From Candidatus Micrarchaeia archaeon (GTDB taxonomy: Archaea > Micrarchaeota > Micrarchaeia > Micrarchaeales > CABMGC01), in contig JBMFWW010000004.1 of NCBI GenBank assembly GCA_049964835.1, forward strand, positions 1 through 44,445: a DNA stretch of 44,445 nucleotides, read 5' to 3'. A program made the translations under genes and the position numbers. Below the pieces are notes generated by a model that made no database searches, had not been told where the DNA came from, and saw nothing but the letters and a program-made list of their open reading frames with translations. How positions within the stretch are numbered: position 1 is the first letter of the stretch; every line of letters starts with the position of its first letter. This document shows positions 17,854-28,570 of the stretch, piece after piece.

Positions 17854-19566
17854 ATGATTATCGGATATACAATAACTACCTCTGTTTTAATTTCTTTTGT
17901 AGTGCTGATTTTTGCAGTAATTTTTTACAGAAAGAATCTCAACTCATTGCTAAAAAAACATATAAATAAATATACACTTCTAGGATTAGTACTAATACTT
18001 GCATTTTTCATATCTTTGATGCTTATTTTTATTCATCCTGTCGAACAGCTGTTTTTTGATGAAAATATATATCAAGGAATAGCATTGAACATTGTACATA
18101 GCGGTAATAGTCTTTGGTGCCAGTATGGAACCGGTCTTTTAACACATTGTTATTCAAATCAATTATATCACGATCCAGTAGGTATTTTTGTATTCTTAGG
18201 AATAGTTCTTATGCTCTTCGGTCCAGGACCTCAAACTGCATATAATTTTCAATTATTTATAGGAATTTTATCAATAATCGGTGTATTTCTATTATCAAGC
18301 ATTATTACAGAAAGAAAGGCATTAGCACCAATATCTACCTTTATTTTTTCGTTAATACCTGAAGTTATTATTTGGTCAAGAACACAGGCAGCTCCAGATT
18401 TATACTTTATGATGTTTACTACTTTTTCATTTTTCTTTTTTATAGTGTTTACAAAAAATGAGAACAAAACAACTCTAATATTATTTTTGTCATCTCTTTC
18501 TCTAGCATTTTATTCAAGAATAGAAAGTTTTTTACTAATGCCTATTTTCATAATATTATACTTTATATTTGGAGATGCGCAGATTAAAGTAACTATTAAA
18601 AAAAGAGCCATGCTCTTAAAACGAATGATATCTGATTATAACTGGCTTATAATACTGCTTTTCTTTTTTCTAATTTTTGCATCACAAGGGCTTTATATAT
18701 ACCTTGAAAACCAATCACCGCAGTACGGCCAGGCATCAAATCAAAGTGTAATATCTATTTCTAACTTTAAACAAAATATCACTCCAAATGCAGAGTTTCT
18801 ATTAGGAACAACAACAAACTATCCAAGCATTTCAAGTATTAACTTGTTGGCATTAGCTATTCTTGGCTTTATCTTTATAATAATATTTAAAAGAATAAAA
18901 AATAGATTGGGCATATTTCTCATGCTTATTCTTTCTATACTACTCTTTTTTATTTTCTATACTTCTTTCTATGCTGGATCTGTAAATTATGGTGTAGATG
19001 TAAGATTCATGTTGGAACTTATGCCATTTATTGCAATAGCTGCAGGATTTGGAGTGTTAGGACTTACGGACATTGTATATTTTGGATTTAAAAAATTATT
19101 GAAAGTTAAAAAGGAAGTATTTTTACTTATTCTAAGCACAATTTTAATAATTACAGTAATAATTCCATTTTATTTAATAATTCCGTATATAACAATACCA
19201 GTAAATGAAATGCCTCAAGAATACTTTAATACTCAAGCTACTTCATTTATATACAATAATTACCAAAAAGTACCTACAAGCTGTCTTGTCTTTTCATTCA
19301 CACCCGATATATGGTATGAATTAAATAGGAGCGCGGCTCAGGTTTCTTATATGAGCGAATTAAATTCAAATACAAGCAACAATCTATTCAAAAATTATTC
19401 ATGTTTTGTTTTTGATTATGGATATTGGTGCACAGTTTCTGAATTTAGTTCTTCAACTTGTGGTTCTCAATTATTTAGTTACAATACATCTGTTTTAGCT
19501 ACAGAGAGAAATTCAGAAGGATCAAATTTTACATTATATAAGATAAATAACGCTACAAGTAAGTAG
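17854..19566 (+). CDS. GT-C membrane glycosyltransferase (PMT/ArnT, GT39-like)
   Basis: FFDENIY acidic motif after first TMs, YHDP, many TM helices, RFMLELMP late motif. Confidence 0.8.
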   Translation: MIIGYTITTSVLISFVVLIFAVIFYRKNLNSLLKKHINKYTLLGLVLILAFFISLMLIFIHPVEQLFFDENIYQGIALNIVHSGNSLWCQYGTGLLTHCYSNQLYHDPVGIFVFLGIVLMLFGPGPQTAYNFQLFIGILSIIGVFLLSSIITERKALAPISTFIFSLIPEVIIWSRTQAAPDLYFMMFTTFSFFFFIVFTKNENKTTLILFLSSLSLAFYSRIESFLLMPIFIILYFIFGDAQIKVTIKKRAMLLKRMISDYNWLIILLFFFLIFASQGLYIYLENQSPQYGQASNQSVISISNFKQNITPNAEFLLGTTTNYPSISSINLLALAILGFIFIIIFKRIKNRLGIFLMLILSILLFFIFYTSFYAGSVNYGVDVRFMLELMPFIAIAAGFGVLGLTDIVYFGFKKLLKVKKEVFLLILSTILIITVIIPFYLIIPYITIPVNEMPQEYFNTQATSFIYNNYQKVPTSCLVFSFTPDIWYELNRSAAQVSYMSELNSNTSNNLFKNYSCFVFDYGYWCTVSEFSSSTCGSQLFSYNTSVLATERNSEGSNFTLYKINNATSK

Positions 19567-19631
19567 ATGCTTAAAATAAGTAAATACTTTAAGAATTGTA
19601 AACTTAAAATAAAGTGTAAAAATAGTAAAAA

Positions 19632-20438
19632 TCAAATCTTAATTTTTCTAAATCTTCTACTTTTTATAAATGATCTAAGTATCAAAACTAAAAATATTAT
19701 TATGATTATTACAAAAAATAGGTAAAACGGATTTATATTTAAAAAAGAAGACATAGTTTTTTTAGATGTTGCATTGATTATTATTGTTTGATATGAGGAA
19801 TAAGTTAAGTTATTACTTTTATAAGCTGCAAGTATAAATCCAGTATAACTGCCACCAGAAACCAATGAACTTATATTAAAGTAAACATTTTTTTTAGTTA
19901 GTGGTTTTATATTTTCATAATAGTAATTACTTGATATGCTCTTAAATTCTTCCGGTACAATTAATGAAACGTTTACTTCTTGCGCAGTATTTCCTGAATT
20001 AAATACAGTGACATTAATTAAATAATTTGGAGAATTTACAGTTATATTTTTGGTAATCAGTAATTGGCTTTGAGTTGCGTTGAAAAAGTTATCAACACAT
20101 GGAAAAATAGCAGAAAATATCGAAGAACTTTGTTGATAAGAAACTACTATGTAATTAACATATGTCCCTTTTGCAGTTACATTTGTTAGAGTAATATTTA
20201 AATTATTAGAGCTATCTGGACCTATTGAAGAAATATAAAAATGTCCATTAGATGTAGCATAACTAATTTTTGGATCAATATTTAGGTTGTAAGCCGCATC
20301 ATTTCCAGAGTTGCTAAGATTAAAAATTATATAATTATTATTTAGTTGTTTAGTGCACGTTCCAGTTAATGTGACAGTCCCAGCATATACAAATCCAAAA
20401 ATAATAACGCTAAAGAGTATAAAAACAAATTTTTTCAT
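19632..20438 (-). CDS. Secreted, C-terminally anchored surface protein (Ig/CARDB-like beta-rich)
   Basis: Signal peptide, N-x-G-N motifs, many N-x-S/T sequons, C-terminal TM plus basic tail. Confidence 0.75.
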   Translation of the reverse strand: MKKFVFILFSVIIFGFVYAGTVTLTGTCTKQLNNNYIIFNLSNSGNDAAYNLNIDPKISYATSNGHFYISSIGPDSSNNLNITLTNVTAKGTYVNYIVVSYQQSSSIFSAIFPCVDNFFNATQSQLLITKNITVNSPNYLINVTVFNSGNTAQEVNVSLIVPEEFKSISSNYYYENIKPLTKKNVYFNISSLVSGGSYTGFILAAYKSNNLTYSSYQTIIINATSKKTMSSFLNINPFYLFFVIIIIIFLVLILRSFIKSRRFRKIKI

Positions 20439-20530
20439 AAAATCAATTAAATATTATAGATATAATAATTAAATCTACTTATCTATTAATAAATACTGAT
20501 AAGTTAAAATATAAATTAATTAGTGTAAAC

Positions 20531-21304
20531 ATGCCAAGAAAACTTAGTAAAAGAAAACAGCCAGATAGAGATATCCACCTTATACATGAAGTTCAGAAAA
20601 TAGAGAACGGCGTCTTTGATAAAAAAACATTAATGATTCTTGCAAAATTTTTTAATCATAAGATAGTTTCAGAACTCATGTTTGTGATTTCTACCGGAAA
20701 AGAAGCAAACGCATACCTGGCAAAATCAGGAGACTCTATTCAGGATGAATTTGTAGTTTTAAAGATATTTCGAGTTCAGAACTCTAACTTTCAAAATCGC
20801 ATAAAATACATGCAAGGTGATCCAAGATTTGGTACATTGAATAAGAAAATGCAATCTATAGTAACTTTATGGTGTAAAAAAGAGTTCGGAAATCTAAAAA
20901 TTGCTTATGAATTGGGAGTTGCAGTTCCAAGACCAATAAAAGCAATAGATAATGTATTGGCAATGGAGTTTATCTACACATCAAATGGATCTCCAGCACC
21001 AATGCTAAAAGATATAACTCTTAATAATCCTACTAAAGTCTTAGATGAAATTATTAAAAATATAGGATTATTATATAAGGGGAAAATGGTTCATTCAGAT
21101 TTAAGCGAGTATAATATACTTATAAAAAATGTTGATGAAGAAGAAAAGGCAGTTTTTATAGATATGGGGCAAGCCATAGTATATGGCCATCCTAAATTTG
21201 AAGAGTACTTAAAACGAGATGTATCTGTAATCTTGGCACATTTTTCAAAAAAATACAAAATAGATAATAGTTTAGATCAAGTATTAGAAAAGATAAAACT
21301 CTAA
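20531..21304 (+). CDS. rio1: RIO1 serine kinase
   Basis: ISTGKEANAY, GDPRF, W..KEF.NL, HSDLSEYNIL, IDMGQA. Confidence 0.95.
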   Translation: MPRKLSKRKQPDRDIHLIHEVQKIENGVFDKKTLMILAKFFNHKIVSELMFVISTGKEANAYLAKSGDSIQDEFVVLKIFRVQNSNFQNRIKYMQGDPRFGTLNKKMQSIVTLWCKKEFGNLKIAYELGVAVPRPIKAIDNVLAMEFIYTSNGSPAPMLKDITLNNPTKVLDEIIKNIGLLYKGKMVHSDLSEYNILIKNVDEEEKAVFIDMGQAIVYGHPKFEEYLKRDVSVILAHFSKKYKIDNSLDQVLEKIKL

Positions 21305-21317
21305 TTTTGATATGTTA

Positions 21318-21623
21318 TTATACTGGTATTTCAAAACCTTTCTGCTTGAGTAGGGATTTGTCCATTACGCTGTATCTCCATATTATATCCCCTCTTTCAT
21401 TCCTTTGGATTTCCCATGGTTTTACTAATACAATATCTCCTTCTTTTACCCAAAAACGCCTCTTTAGCCTTCCTGGTATAGAGCATGTGCGTTCTATCTT
21501 ATCCGAACAAAAAACAATAAAATTAGTGGCTCCTAGTGATTTTGTTACAACTCCTACCAATTCACCACTTTTTGGAATCATAAGTCTTGGCTGTTCTATT
21601 ACTCCTCCTTTTTTATGTTGCAT
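21318..21623 (-). CDS. eif1a: Translation initiation factor aIF-1A
   Basis: CSDKIERTCSIPGRLKRRFWVKEGDIVLVKPW...GDIIWRY; start moved to MQHKK. Confidence 0.95.
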   Translation of the reverse strand: MQHKKGGVIEQPRLMIPKSGELVGVVTKSLGATNFIVFCSDKIERTCSIPGRLKRRFWVKEGDIVLVKPWEIQRNERGDIIWRYSVMDKSLLKQKGFEIPV

Positions 21624-21631
21624 ATTTTCGC

Positions 21632-22039
21632 CTAATATATTTTTACAGTGTATCTTGCACCACACGCTTCACAAACTATGGTTACATAACCTCTGTCTCT
21701 TTGCTCAAATCGCGTATCTGGTTTTTTACACTCTTTACATATAACGTAAGTCTTAAAGTACATTTCTATTTTAGTTTTGAGTGATTGCTGATTAATCTTT
21801 GCACTTATCTCAAGAACATGATTATTTATGCTTACAGGAGCAGCTAGTTCTTTACTTAGATACTTTGCTATATCCTCCTGAGATCTTCTAGCTTTGTCAG
21901 ATATTTGATCTATATTTTTCAATATAGTCTTACTTCCTTGCACCAAGCTATCTACTTGTGGTATTTCAAAGTCAGACTTCTCAACCGATAAGGTAGGAAG
22001 CTCTTTGAAGGCTTTGTCTAATAGTTGATCATAATTCAA
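21632..22039 (-). CDS. eif2b: Translation initiation factor aIF-2 beta
   Basis: YDQLLDKA N-terminus, YVICKECKKPDT...CEACGA zinc ribbon; probable TTG start after GGTG. Confidence 0.93.
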   Translation of the reverse strand: MNYDQLLDKAFKELPTLSVEKSDFEIPQVDSLVQGSKTILKNIDQISDKARRSQEDIAKYLSKELAAPVSINNHVLEISAKINQQSLKTKIEMYFKTYVICKECKKPDTRFEQRDRGYVTIVCEACGARYTVKIY

Positions 22040-22245
22040 AAATGCACCAATACATTTTAGTAGCAAAATTATTAATATATGTTGTTTTTAAGGATTTGAA
22101 ATGATCTGCTTTCACTTTTGCTAATTAATCTTAATTTATCTATTTTAACTTATTAATCAAATAAATGTGACAAATAATACCAAACAAATTGAGAATATTT
22201 TAATATTTATGCTGTAAATATATAAAACTATCTTGAGTTCATTAG

Positions 22246-22938
22246 ATGGCAGAATTAAGAAGTAATATACCTACAAAGCAGGAATTAATAGATTTAATAA
22301 TTGCAGATATTGCACTTTCTATAGCATTTTCAATAGTTTTTGGTACTGGTAACTTTCTTCTGTTTTTCCCAATAGCATTATTTGCAGTCTCAATTTCATT
22401 CATACTTCATGAATATATGCATAAAATTGTAGCTCAAAGGTTTGGAGCAATAGCCGCTTTTAAAAGATCTGATTTTGGAATAATCATAGCTCTTGTTACA
22501 AGTTTTTTAGGTTTTTTATTGGCAATGCCTGGAGCGACCATGATATACACAAACAACTTTACAAAAAAAGAAAATGGATTAACATCTCTTGTTGGGCCTC
22601 TAACAAATCTTATAATATTTTTGATAGTTATATCTATAGCACTTACAGTAAGGTTTTCATCTTATATCGAAACCGCACTAGTTTTTGCAGCTTTCATTAA
22701 TCTGTGGCTCGCATTTTTCAATATGCTTCCGATATATCCTTTAGATGGAAGCAAGGTTTTAGCTTGGAGTAAACCTCTTTATATAGTCGTTTTATTAGTA
22801 GCAATGATATTTTTAGTTTTGATAGGGCCACTTATAGGTCTTACAATACTCGGAATGATATTCGATATTGGTTTCCTACTTGTAATAGCGTTTATAATGT
22901 CTTACCTTTATAGAGGTATACTTTTTAGAACATTTTAA
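22246..22938 (+). CDS. M50-family membrane metalloprotease
   Basis: LHEYMHK, GPLTN, FNMLPIYPLDGSKV. Confidence 0.9.
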   Translation: MAELRSNIPTKQELIDLIIADIALSIAFSIVFGTGNFLLFFPIALFAVSISFILHEYMHKIVAQRFGAIAAFKRSDFGIIIALVTSFLGFLLAMPGATMIYTNNFTKKENGLTSLVGPLTNLIIFLIVISIALTVRFSSYIETALVFAAFINLWLAFFNMLPIYPLDGSKVLAWSKPLYIVVLLVAMIFLVLIGPLIGLTILGMIFDIGFLLVIAFIMSYLYRGILFRTF

Positions 22939-23153
22939 AGCCAAAAGCACAAATGTCTTATCCCAAAATAAGGTCCTCACAACAAAGGAATCTGATTATG
23001 TAAAAAGTTTGAGTGAGATATTAAGAACTGAAAAAAAGAGTTTAGTAATGATCTAAATAAATTAGAAAATATTTAATGATTCTAATTTGTGACTTCCTCA
23101 TAATCGTAAAATGCGTGAGATTATCTGCTCGAGTTTGTTAAACTCATAAAACA

Positions 23154-25952
23154 CTAGAAGACCTCAATACTTGGTTTTTGTGGAAATGCTCTTGCTGCTC
23201 TTTGTGAAGCAGACCCATTTTCTTTTTCAACAGTTATTTCTAGTCCGGTTATTTTGGATATATAACTCTTAGAAGCAGCTATTATGTTGAACTCTTCTTC
23301 CTCGCTCAGTTTACATGGTCTAATTTCATTTATTCTCTTAAAAATACCAGTAAGATATTTAGATACAACTTCCTTATTCACTGATTCATTAACTGTAGAT
23401 ATTGTACCGCTTATATTTTTTGTTTCAATTAGCTTATTCAGAGAGTCTCTTTTCCATTGGTCTGCAACAATTATTTTACAATTTTTAATATTTGCAATTT
23501 TATTTTTTGTTAATTCATAAATTTGTTTGACATCATCAATTGTCGAATCTATTAACATTTCTCCAAATTCTATCTTTTCATCAATAAGTGAGCTGTCTAC
23601 AGAAGGCCATGTTTCTGTTGCAGCGAGAGTCGTATTCCCAAGTAAATTCCACAACTCCTCAGACACATGTGGTGCCAGAGGCTGCAACATGAGTGCAACA
23701 TTGCATAGATACTCTCTAAGTACCATTGCGTTGTTCCCACCCCTTGAAATATATCTTCTCAGTTCTATATTTGTATTAAAAATTACACTGTTTACAATAT
23801 CCCTCAATTCTAATTTTTCCATTGCATTTGTTATGTTCTGTATTTTTTTGTTTAATTTTGAATAGAGCCAGTAATCTATATTATCTAGTTTGTTACTTGG
23901 AAACTCACCAAGTTTCTCTGATAAATCAAACATATATTCAATTCTTTCCTTAATTCCATTTGCAGTATCTTCAACAAAATCAGAATCATTAAATAAGTCA
24001 GTATTGCCTATCTCTACAAGTTTAATTATATCTGCTCCGTACTTTTTAATTGCATCTTTGACAATTATTATATTTCCTAGACTTTTACTCATTTTTTCTC
24101 CGTTCATCATTACAAGTCCATTGACTACTATCTGCTTTGGCCAAAACGCTCTATCAAAAACAGCGATATGATTAAATATATGCATTGTCAGGTGATTAAA
24201 AATTAGGTCAAGACCTGAATGTCTCGATGTGTTTTTATACCAATAATTAAAAGATTCTTTAGATTTTTTAATTATATCGTAAGGTATGCCTAGCTTTGTT
24301 GATATTTCATCTATGCTACCTATGTTCCTAAAAATATAATCAAAGAATTCAGAAGTCAATTTTTCAGATTCTACATTATTTATGTATGTATTTATTGTGT
24401 AATAAGCCATGTATATTGTTGAATCCGATAATGACTCTATTATATATCTCTGATCAAAAGGAAATTTAGTTCCTAGTCCTTGGGATCTTGCAACTGCACG
24501 CAAATTTATCCAGTCCATTGCAGAAAGAAAGGCACTTTTACTTTTTTCAGGCACAATTCTCATTTCTTCTAAATAGTTTTTAGCACTCTCTTTCCATTCT
24601 TGGTTGCCATAATTAATAAACCATTGATTATCTATTATTTTTACTATTATTTCGGTTCCACATCTGCAAAGTACTCTTTGTCTATTTGCAATTATATAAA
24701 CAGAAACGGCTTGTTTTGAACCTTTCAACTTATCTATTATATGTTCCCTCACTACAGGTTCAGATTGTCCTTCATAACCTGGAAATGACATTATACCCCT
24801 ATGTGATTCTTCCTTATACTCAAGTTTAGTTGCTTCCTCTATCTTATCATTTGGAGAATTAATATCTATACCTAATTTTTTAAGATAAAATTCAGCAGGA
24901 ATTTCTTCTGGTTTGATATTATCTAAAGTTACAACCTTTATGGGTTTAATCTCATCATTTATAATACCTTCTTTGAAAAGACGTTTAAGTGCAATATAAT
25001 CAAAAGGCGCGTGAGCTGGGACACTCATTACAATTCCAGTACCAATTTCTTGCTTAACAAAGTATCCTGGAAGTATTGGTATCTTATTTTTTGATATTGG
25101 ATTTATACAACTTTTATTTATAAGTTCTTCACCACGTATTTCTGATTTTTTAATAAGTTTTAATTGATACACTAATTTTTCATATGTTGCACTTGAAACA
25201 AGTACGTCTCCAAATTCTTTCAGATCACATAAATAATAAGTTGCGTCTTTATTGATAAAAATATTTGTAACACCATAGATAGTTTCCGGCCTATATGTGG
25301 CACATATCAAACTATACGATTCATCATTTACTTGAAACAGTATGCCCGTTTCCTGCTCAATTTCTGGCTCAGTGTCTCCCTTCGTATCATGCATTCCTAC
25401 TGCATTATTTTCCTTAGTGCACCAACCTACTGGATGCTCACCTTGTACAAGATAACCTTTTTCTTTTAAGATTCCAAATTGCCACTCTATAAATTTGCTG
25501 AAATTTTTATCTATGGTTGTAAATCTTCTTCTCCAATCTATGCTGAATCCGGCAAGTTTCATTCCTTCTTCGACTTCTTTTGAAAAATATTGTCCCATGA
25601 AAAGTGGATCTGACATTTTTTGCACTGTATCATCAGGTATGCCAAAACTTCTAAAATCAGCAAGTATTACAGGATCATTACTCTTTACTTTATTTGCTTG
25701 CGCCAATAAGGGAATTCCAGTAAGATGAAATCCCATAGGATATAAAACATTAAAGCCATTCATCCTTTTATATCTTGCAAGAGCATCAGCAGTTCCATAG
25801 GTTCTAAGGTGGCCTATATGCTGTGGGCCGTTAGGATAAGGTATTGCTGCCGTTATCAATAACTGTTTCTTTTCATTTACTTCAGGTTGAAATATCTTTG
25901 CGTCTTCCCAAGCTTTTTGCCACTTAGCAGATATAAAGTTGTAGTCAATCAT
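23154..25952 (-). CDS. leuS: Leucyl-tRNA synthetase (archaeal type)
   Basis: PYPNG..HIGH, TYRPET editing domain, GTGIVMSVPAHAPFDY, ESLSDSTIY, KMSKS. Confidence 0.97.
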   Translation of the reverse strand: MIDYNFISAKWQKAWEDAKIFQPEVNEKKQLLITAAIPYPNGPQHIGHLRTYGTADALARYKRMNGFNVLYPMGFHLTGIPLLAQANKVKSNDPVILADFRSFGIPDDTVQKMSDPLFMGQYFSKEVEEGMKLAGFSIDWRRRFTTIDKNFSKFIEWQFGILKEKGYLVQGEHPVGWCTKENNAVGMHDTKGDTEPEIEQETGILFQVNDESYSLICATYRPETIYGVTNIFINKDATYYLCDLKEFGDVLVSSATYEKLVYQLKLIKKSEIRGEELINKSCINPISKNKIPILPGYFVKQEIGTGIVMSVPAHAPFDYIALKRLFKEGIINDEIKPIKVVTLDNIKPEEIPAEFYLKKLGIDINSPNDKIEEATKLEYKEESHRGIMSFPGYEGQSEPVVREHIIDKLKGSKQAVSVYIIANRQRVLCRCGTEIIVKIIDNQWFINYGNQEWKESAKNYLEEMRIVPEKSKSAFLSAMDWINLRAVARSQGLGTKFPFDQRYIIESLSDSTIYMAYYTINTYINNVESEKLTSEFFDYIFRNIGSIDEISTKLGIPYDIIKKSKESFNYWYKNTSRHSGLDLIFNHLTMHIFNHIAVFDRAFWPKQIVVNGLVMMNGEKMSKSLGNIIIVKDAIKKYGADIIKLVEIGNTDLFNDSDFVEDTANGIKERIEYMFDLSEKLGEFPSNKLDNIDYWLYSKLNKKIQNITNAMEKLELRDIVNSVIFNTNIELRRYISRGGNNAMVLREYLCNVALMLQPLAPHVSEELWNLLGNTTLAATETWPSVDSSLIDEKIEFGEMLIDSTIDDVKQIYELTKNKIANIKNCKIIVADQWKRDSLNKLIETKNISGTISTVNESVNKEVVSKYLTGIFKRINEIRPCKLSEEEEFNIIAASKSYISKITGLEITVEKENGSASQRAARAFPQKPSIEVF

Positions 25953-26102
25953 TCTATCAATATATATATAACATAATCTTTTTTATATTACTTTCTAAAT
26001 TGTGATGACAGTTTTGCAAATAGTAATATATTTAAATATTAAACTATACAATATATCGATGTGTTTTAATTTTAGACTAGTTTATACTTTAAAATGATAT
26101 AT

Positions 26103-26453
26103 ATGGAAAATAAAGCAGAGTTAGAAATTAAATCGCTTGATAAAAATTTTAAGAATGGTTTACTAAGAATCATGATCTTAAAAATAATAGAACGTAAAGA
26201 GATGCATGCTTATGCTATTTACAAAGAGATTCAATCAAATAAGAAAGTCATTATTAACGTTAGTAAAAATGACATTTATAATTCCATAGCATCTATGGAA
26301 AAATTAAATATGATAGTATCTAAACTTTCTAATAAAAATCAAAAGGTACTTGTACTGACAAAAAAAGGCAAAGATGTAACCGTTAAGTTTAGAACAATAA
26401 TGAAAAGACATATGTTATCACTTAAAAAGTTGATGGTTGAGTTTAATGAATGA
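26103..26453 (+). CDS. PadR-family transcriptional regulator
   Basis: GLLRIMILKII...MHAYAI...IY..IASMEK...LTKKG. Confidence 0.8.
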   Translation: MENKAELEIKSLDKNFKNGLLRIMILKIIERKEMHAYAIYKEIQSNKKVIINVSKNDIYNSIASMEKLNMIVSKLSNKNQKVLVLTKKGKDVTVKFRTIMKRHMLSLKKLMVEFNE

Positions 26454-27435
26454 CATTGCAGTTGATATTAAAAATATTAAAAAATCATTCGGATCTTTTC
26501 AAGCAGTTAAAGGTATTTCTTTTAAAATAAGCAAGGGAGAGATTTTTGGTTTACTTGGGCCAAACGGAGCAGGAAAAACAACTACCCTGAATATGATTTT
26601 GGGTCTTCTTAATCCGACTTCTGGAACTATACTAATAAATGGTTATGACAATGTAAAGGACGCCGTCAAAGTCAAACAAATGATTGGATTTATGACCCAA
26701 GAAACAGTTGTTGACGGATATATTTCAGCTAGCAATAATCTTAGAATATTTGCCAAGTTATACCACGTTCCAGAAAATGAGATAGAAAGTAGAGTAGAAA
26801 GAGCGCTTAAGGATGCTAACTTATTAGAATTTGCAGAAAAACCCGCAGGAACGTTTTCAGGAGGAATGCAAAGAAGACTAAATCTAGTAAAATCTATGTT
26901 GCAAGAACCTAAAATACTAATACTTGATGAACCTACTACTGGACTTGATGTTCAAAGTAGAATCGGGATGTGGGAAAGCATTAAAAATTTGAACAAGAAG
27001 GGTATTACTGTGATATTGACTACCCAATATCTTGAAGAATCAGATTTTCTTTGTGACAGAATAGCTATAATTGATCACGGAGAGATAAAAGCCATAGGTA
27101 CCGCATCTGAGCTAAAAAGAATGGTTTCAAAAGGAAATATACTTGATATAACATTAAAAAAAGATGAAATAGAAAAGGCAAAAAAAATAATAGAATCAAA
27201 GTTTGATATCGATCTTACTATTGATAATGATAAGTTAAGAGGTAATATAGAAGTTAATTCTATGTCAACTTCTGTTAAGATTGCACAGCTGCTTGAAAAG
27301 GAAAAAATTGAAGTTTTAGCATTCAGTGTACATCTTCCTACAATGGATGATGTATTCATAAAGTTAACCGGTGCAAGTTTTAGGGATAACACATCTTCAG
27401 AGAATACTGCATCTAAAGCAAGATTTAGGAGATAA
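26446..27435 (+). CDS. ABC exporter ATP-binding subunit (DrrA-like)
   Basis: GPNGAGKTT, FSGGMQRR, LDEPTTGLD, PTMDDVF C-terminus. Confidence 0.95.
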   Translation: MNDIAVDIKNIKKSFGSFQAVKGISFKISKGEIFGLLGPNGAGKTTTLNMILGLLNPTSGTILINGYDNVKDAVKVKQMIGFMTQETVVDGYISASNNLRIFAKLYHVPENEIESRVERALKDANLLEFAEKPAGTFSGGMQRRLNLVKSMLQEPKILILDEPTTGLDVQSRIGMWESIKNLNKKGITVILTTQYLEESDFLCDRIAIIDHGEIKAIGTASELKRMVSKGNILDITLKKDEIEKAKKIIESKFDIDLTIDNDKLRGNIEVNSMSTSVKIAQLLEKEKIEVLAFSVHLPTMDDVFIKLTGASFRDNTSSENTASKARFRR

Positions 27436-27436
27436 A

Positions 27437-28549
27437 ATGACTTTAATTGGAGATTCACTTACAATAGCAAAAAGAGAAATGCTTGTATTCAAAAGCAACC
27501 TTAGAACTAATATTATACGTTCTTTGATGTTTCCGTTTATAATAATACTTTTCTTTGGAAATCTTGGAAGTACTGTCTCAAGCGTTCCTGTTGCAATTGT
27601 AAATCTTGCAAACAACCCACAGTCTATGCAGTTCATAAATTCACTACAGGGGCAAAGTGTACTTGAAATAACTGCAATGACAAATCAAGAAAATGCACTT
27701 TCACTTTTACAAAATGGTGAGGTTACTGCGATAATAACAATAGAGCCAACATTTCCAAATAATTTCAATAACAATCCTTCAGTTTCTGTTTACTATTCAA
27801 ATAGTGAATTTAGTACAGTAAGTGCAGTACTTCCTTTTATAAAAAGTGTTTCTTCAACCTTTGGCGTAAATAACGTTAAGCAAAGTTTAGCTGCTCAATC
27901 GCCAATAATAACCTCAAATCCAATATCTGGTGCATCAAGCAATTATAGAGACTTTATAATCGCAAGTGTTATAATAATGGCTACGGCCTTTGGGTCGATA
28001 TTTGGAAGTGGCTTTTCAATAATAGTTGATAGACAGCTAGGAACAATAAAATCTTTTCTTGTAGCGCCAATAAATAAGGATGCGATACTTTTTGGAAAGC
28101 TAATGGCTGGAACCGTCCAGTCGCTGCTTTATGGTTTTCTTGCCCTCTGTTTAGGATTTCTATTTGGAGCTGGAATAGCTATGGGTCCAATAGGTTTGCT
28201 TTGGATACTAGCTCTGATATTCTTTGTTTCATTATCATTTAATGCTATTGCTTTAATAGTTGCATCAAGGATTAAAACTGTTGAATTGTATGCAATAGTT
28301 GCACAAGCAATAACTCTTCCAACGTGGTTCCTATCTGGTGCTTTCTTCCCAGCTTCATCATTTCCATCATTTATACAACCATTTAGCATTGGAGATCCTT
28401 TAACATATGCAACAAGTGGAATTAGAGATGTTATGTTATCAGGGTACTTCCCAATAAGTCACATAATAACTGACTTTAGCATAATGATAATATTTACAGT
28501 AATAATAATACTGTTTAGTTTTAGATTATTTAAGAGTACAATTGATTAA
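27437..28549 (+). CDS. ABC-2 type permease
   Basis: DRQLGTIKSFLVAPI...GK, LSGAFFP, DPLTYA; 1+5 TM topology with extracellular domain. Confidence 0.92.
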   Translation: MTLIGDSLTIAKREMLVFKSNLRTNIIRSLMFPFIIILFFGNLGSTVSSVPVAIVNLANNPQSMQFINSLQGQSVLEITAMTNQENALSLLQNGEVTAIITIEPTFPNNFNNNPSVSVYYSNSEFSTVSAVLPFIKSVSSTFGVNNVKQSLAAQSPIITSNPISGASSNYRDFIIASVIIMATAFGSIFGSGFSIIVDRQLGTIKSFLVAPINKDAILFGKLMAGTVQSLLYGFLALCLGFLFGAGIAMGPIGLLWILALIFFVSLSFNAIALIVASRIKTVELYAIVAQAITLPTWFLSGAFFPASSFPSFIQPFSIGDPLTYATSGIRDVMLSGYFPISHIITDFSIMIIFTVIIILFSFRLFKSTID

Positions 28550-28570
28550 AATATATTTAAACGTGATAAA

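Noticed and set aside
22940..23150. Possible decayed transposase scrap between the M50 protease and leuS
   Set aside because: Only faint, stop-riddled resemblance; cannot be supported by eye.
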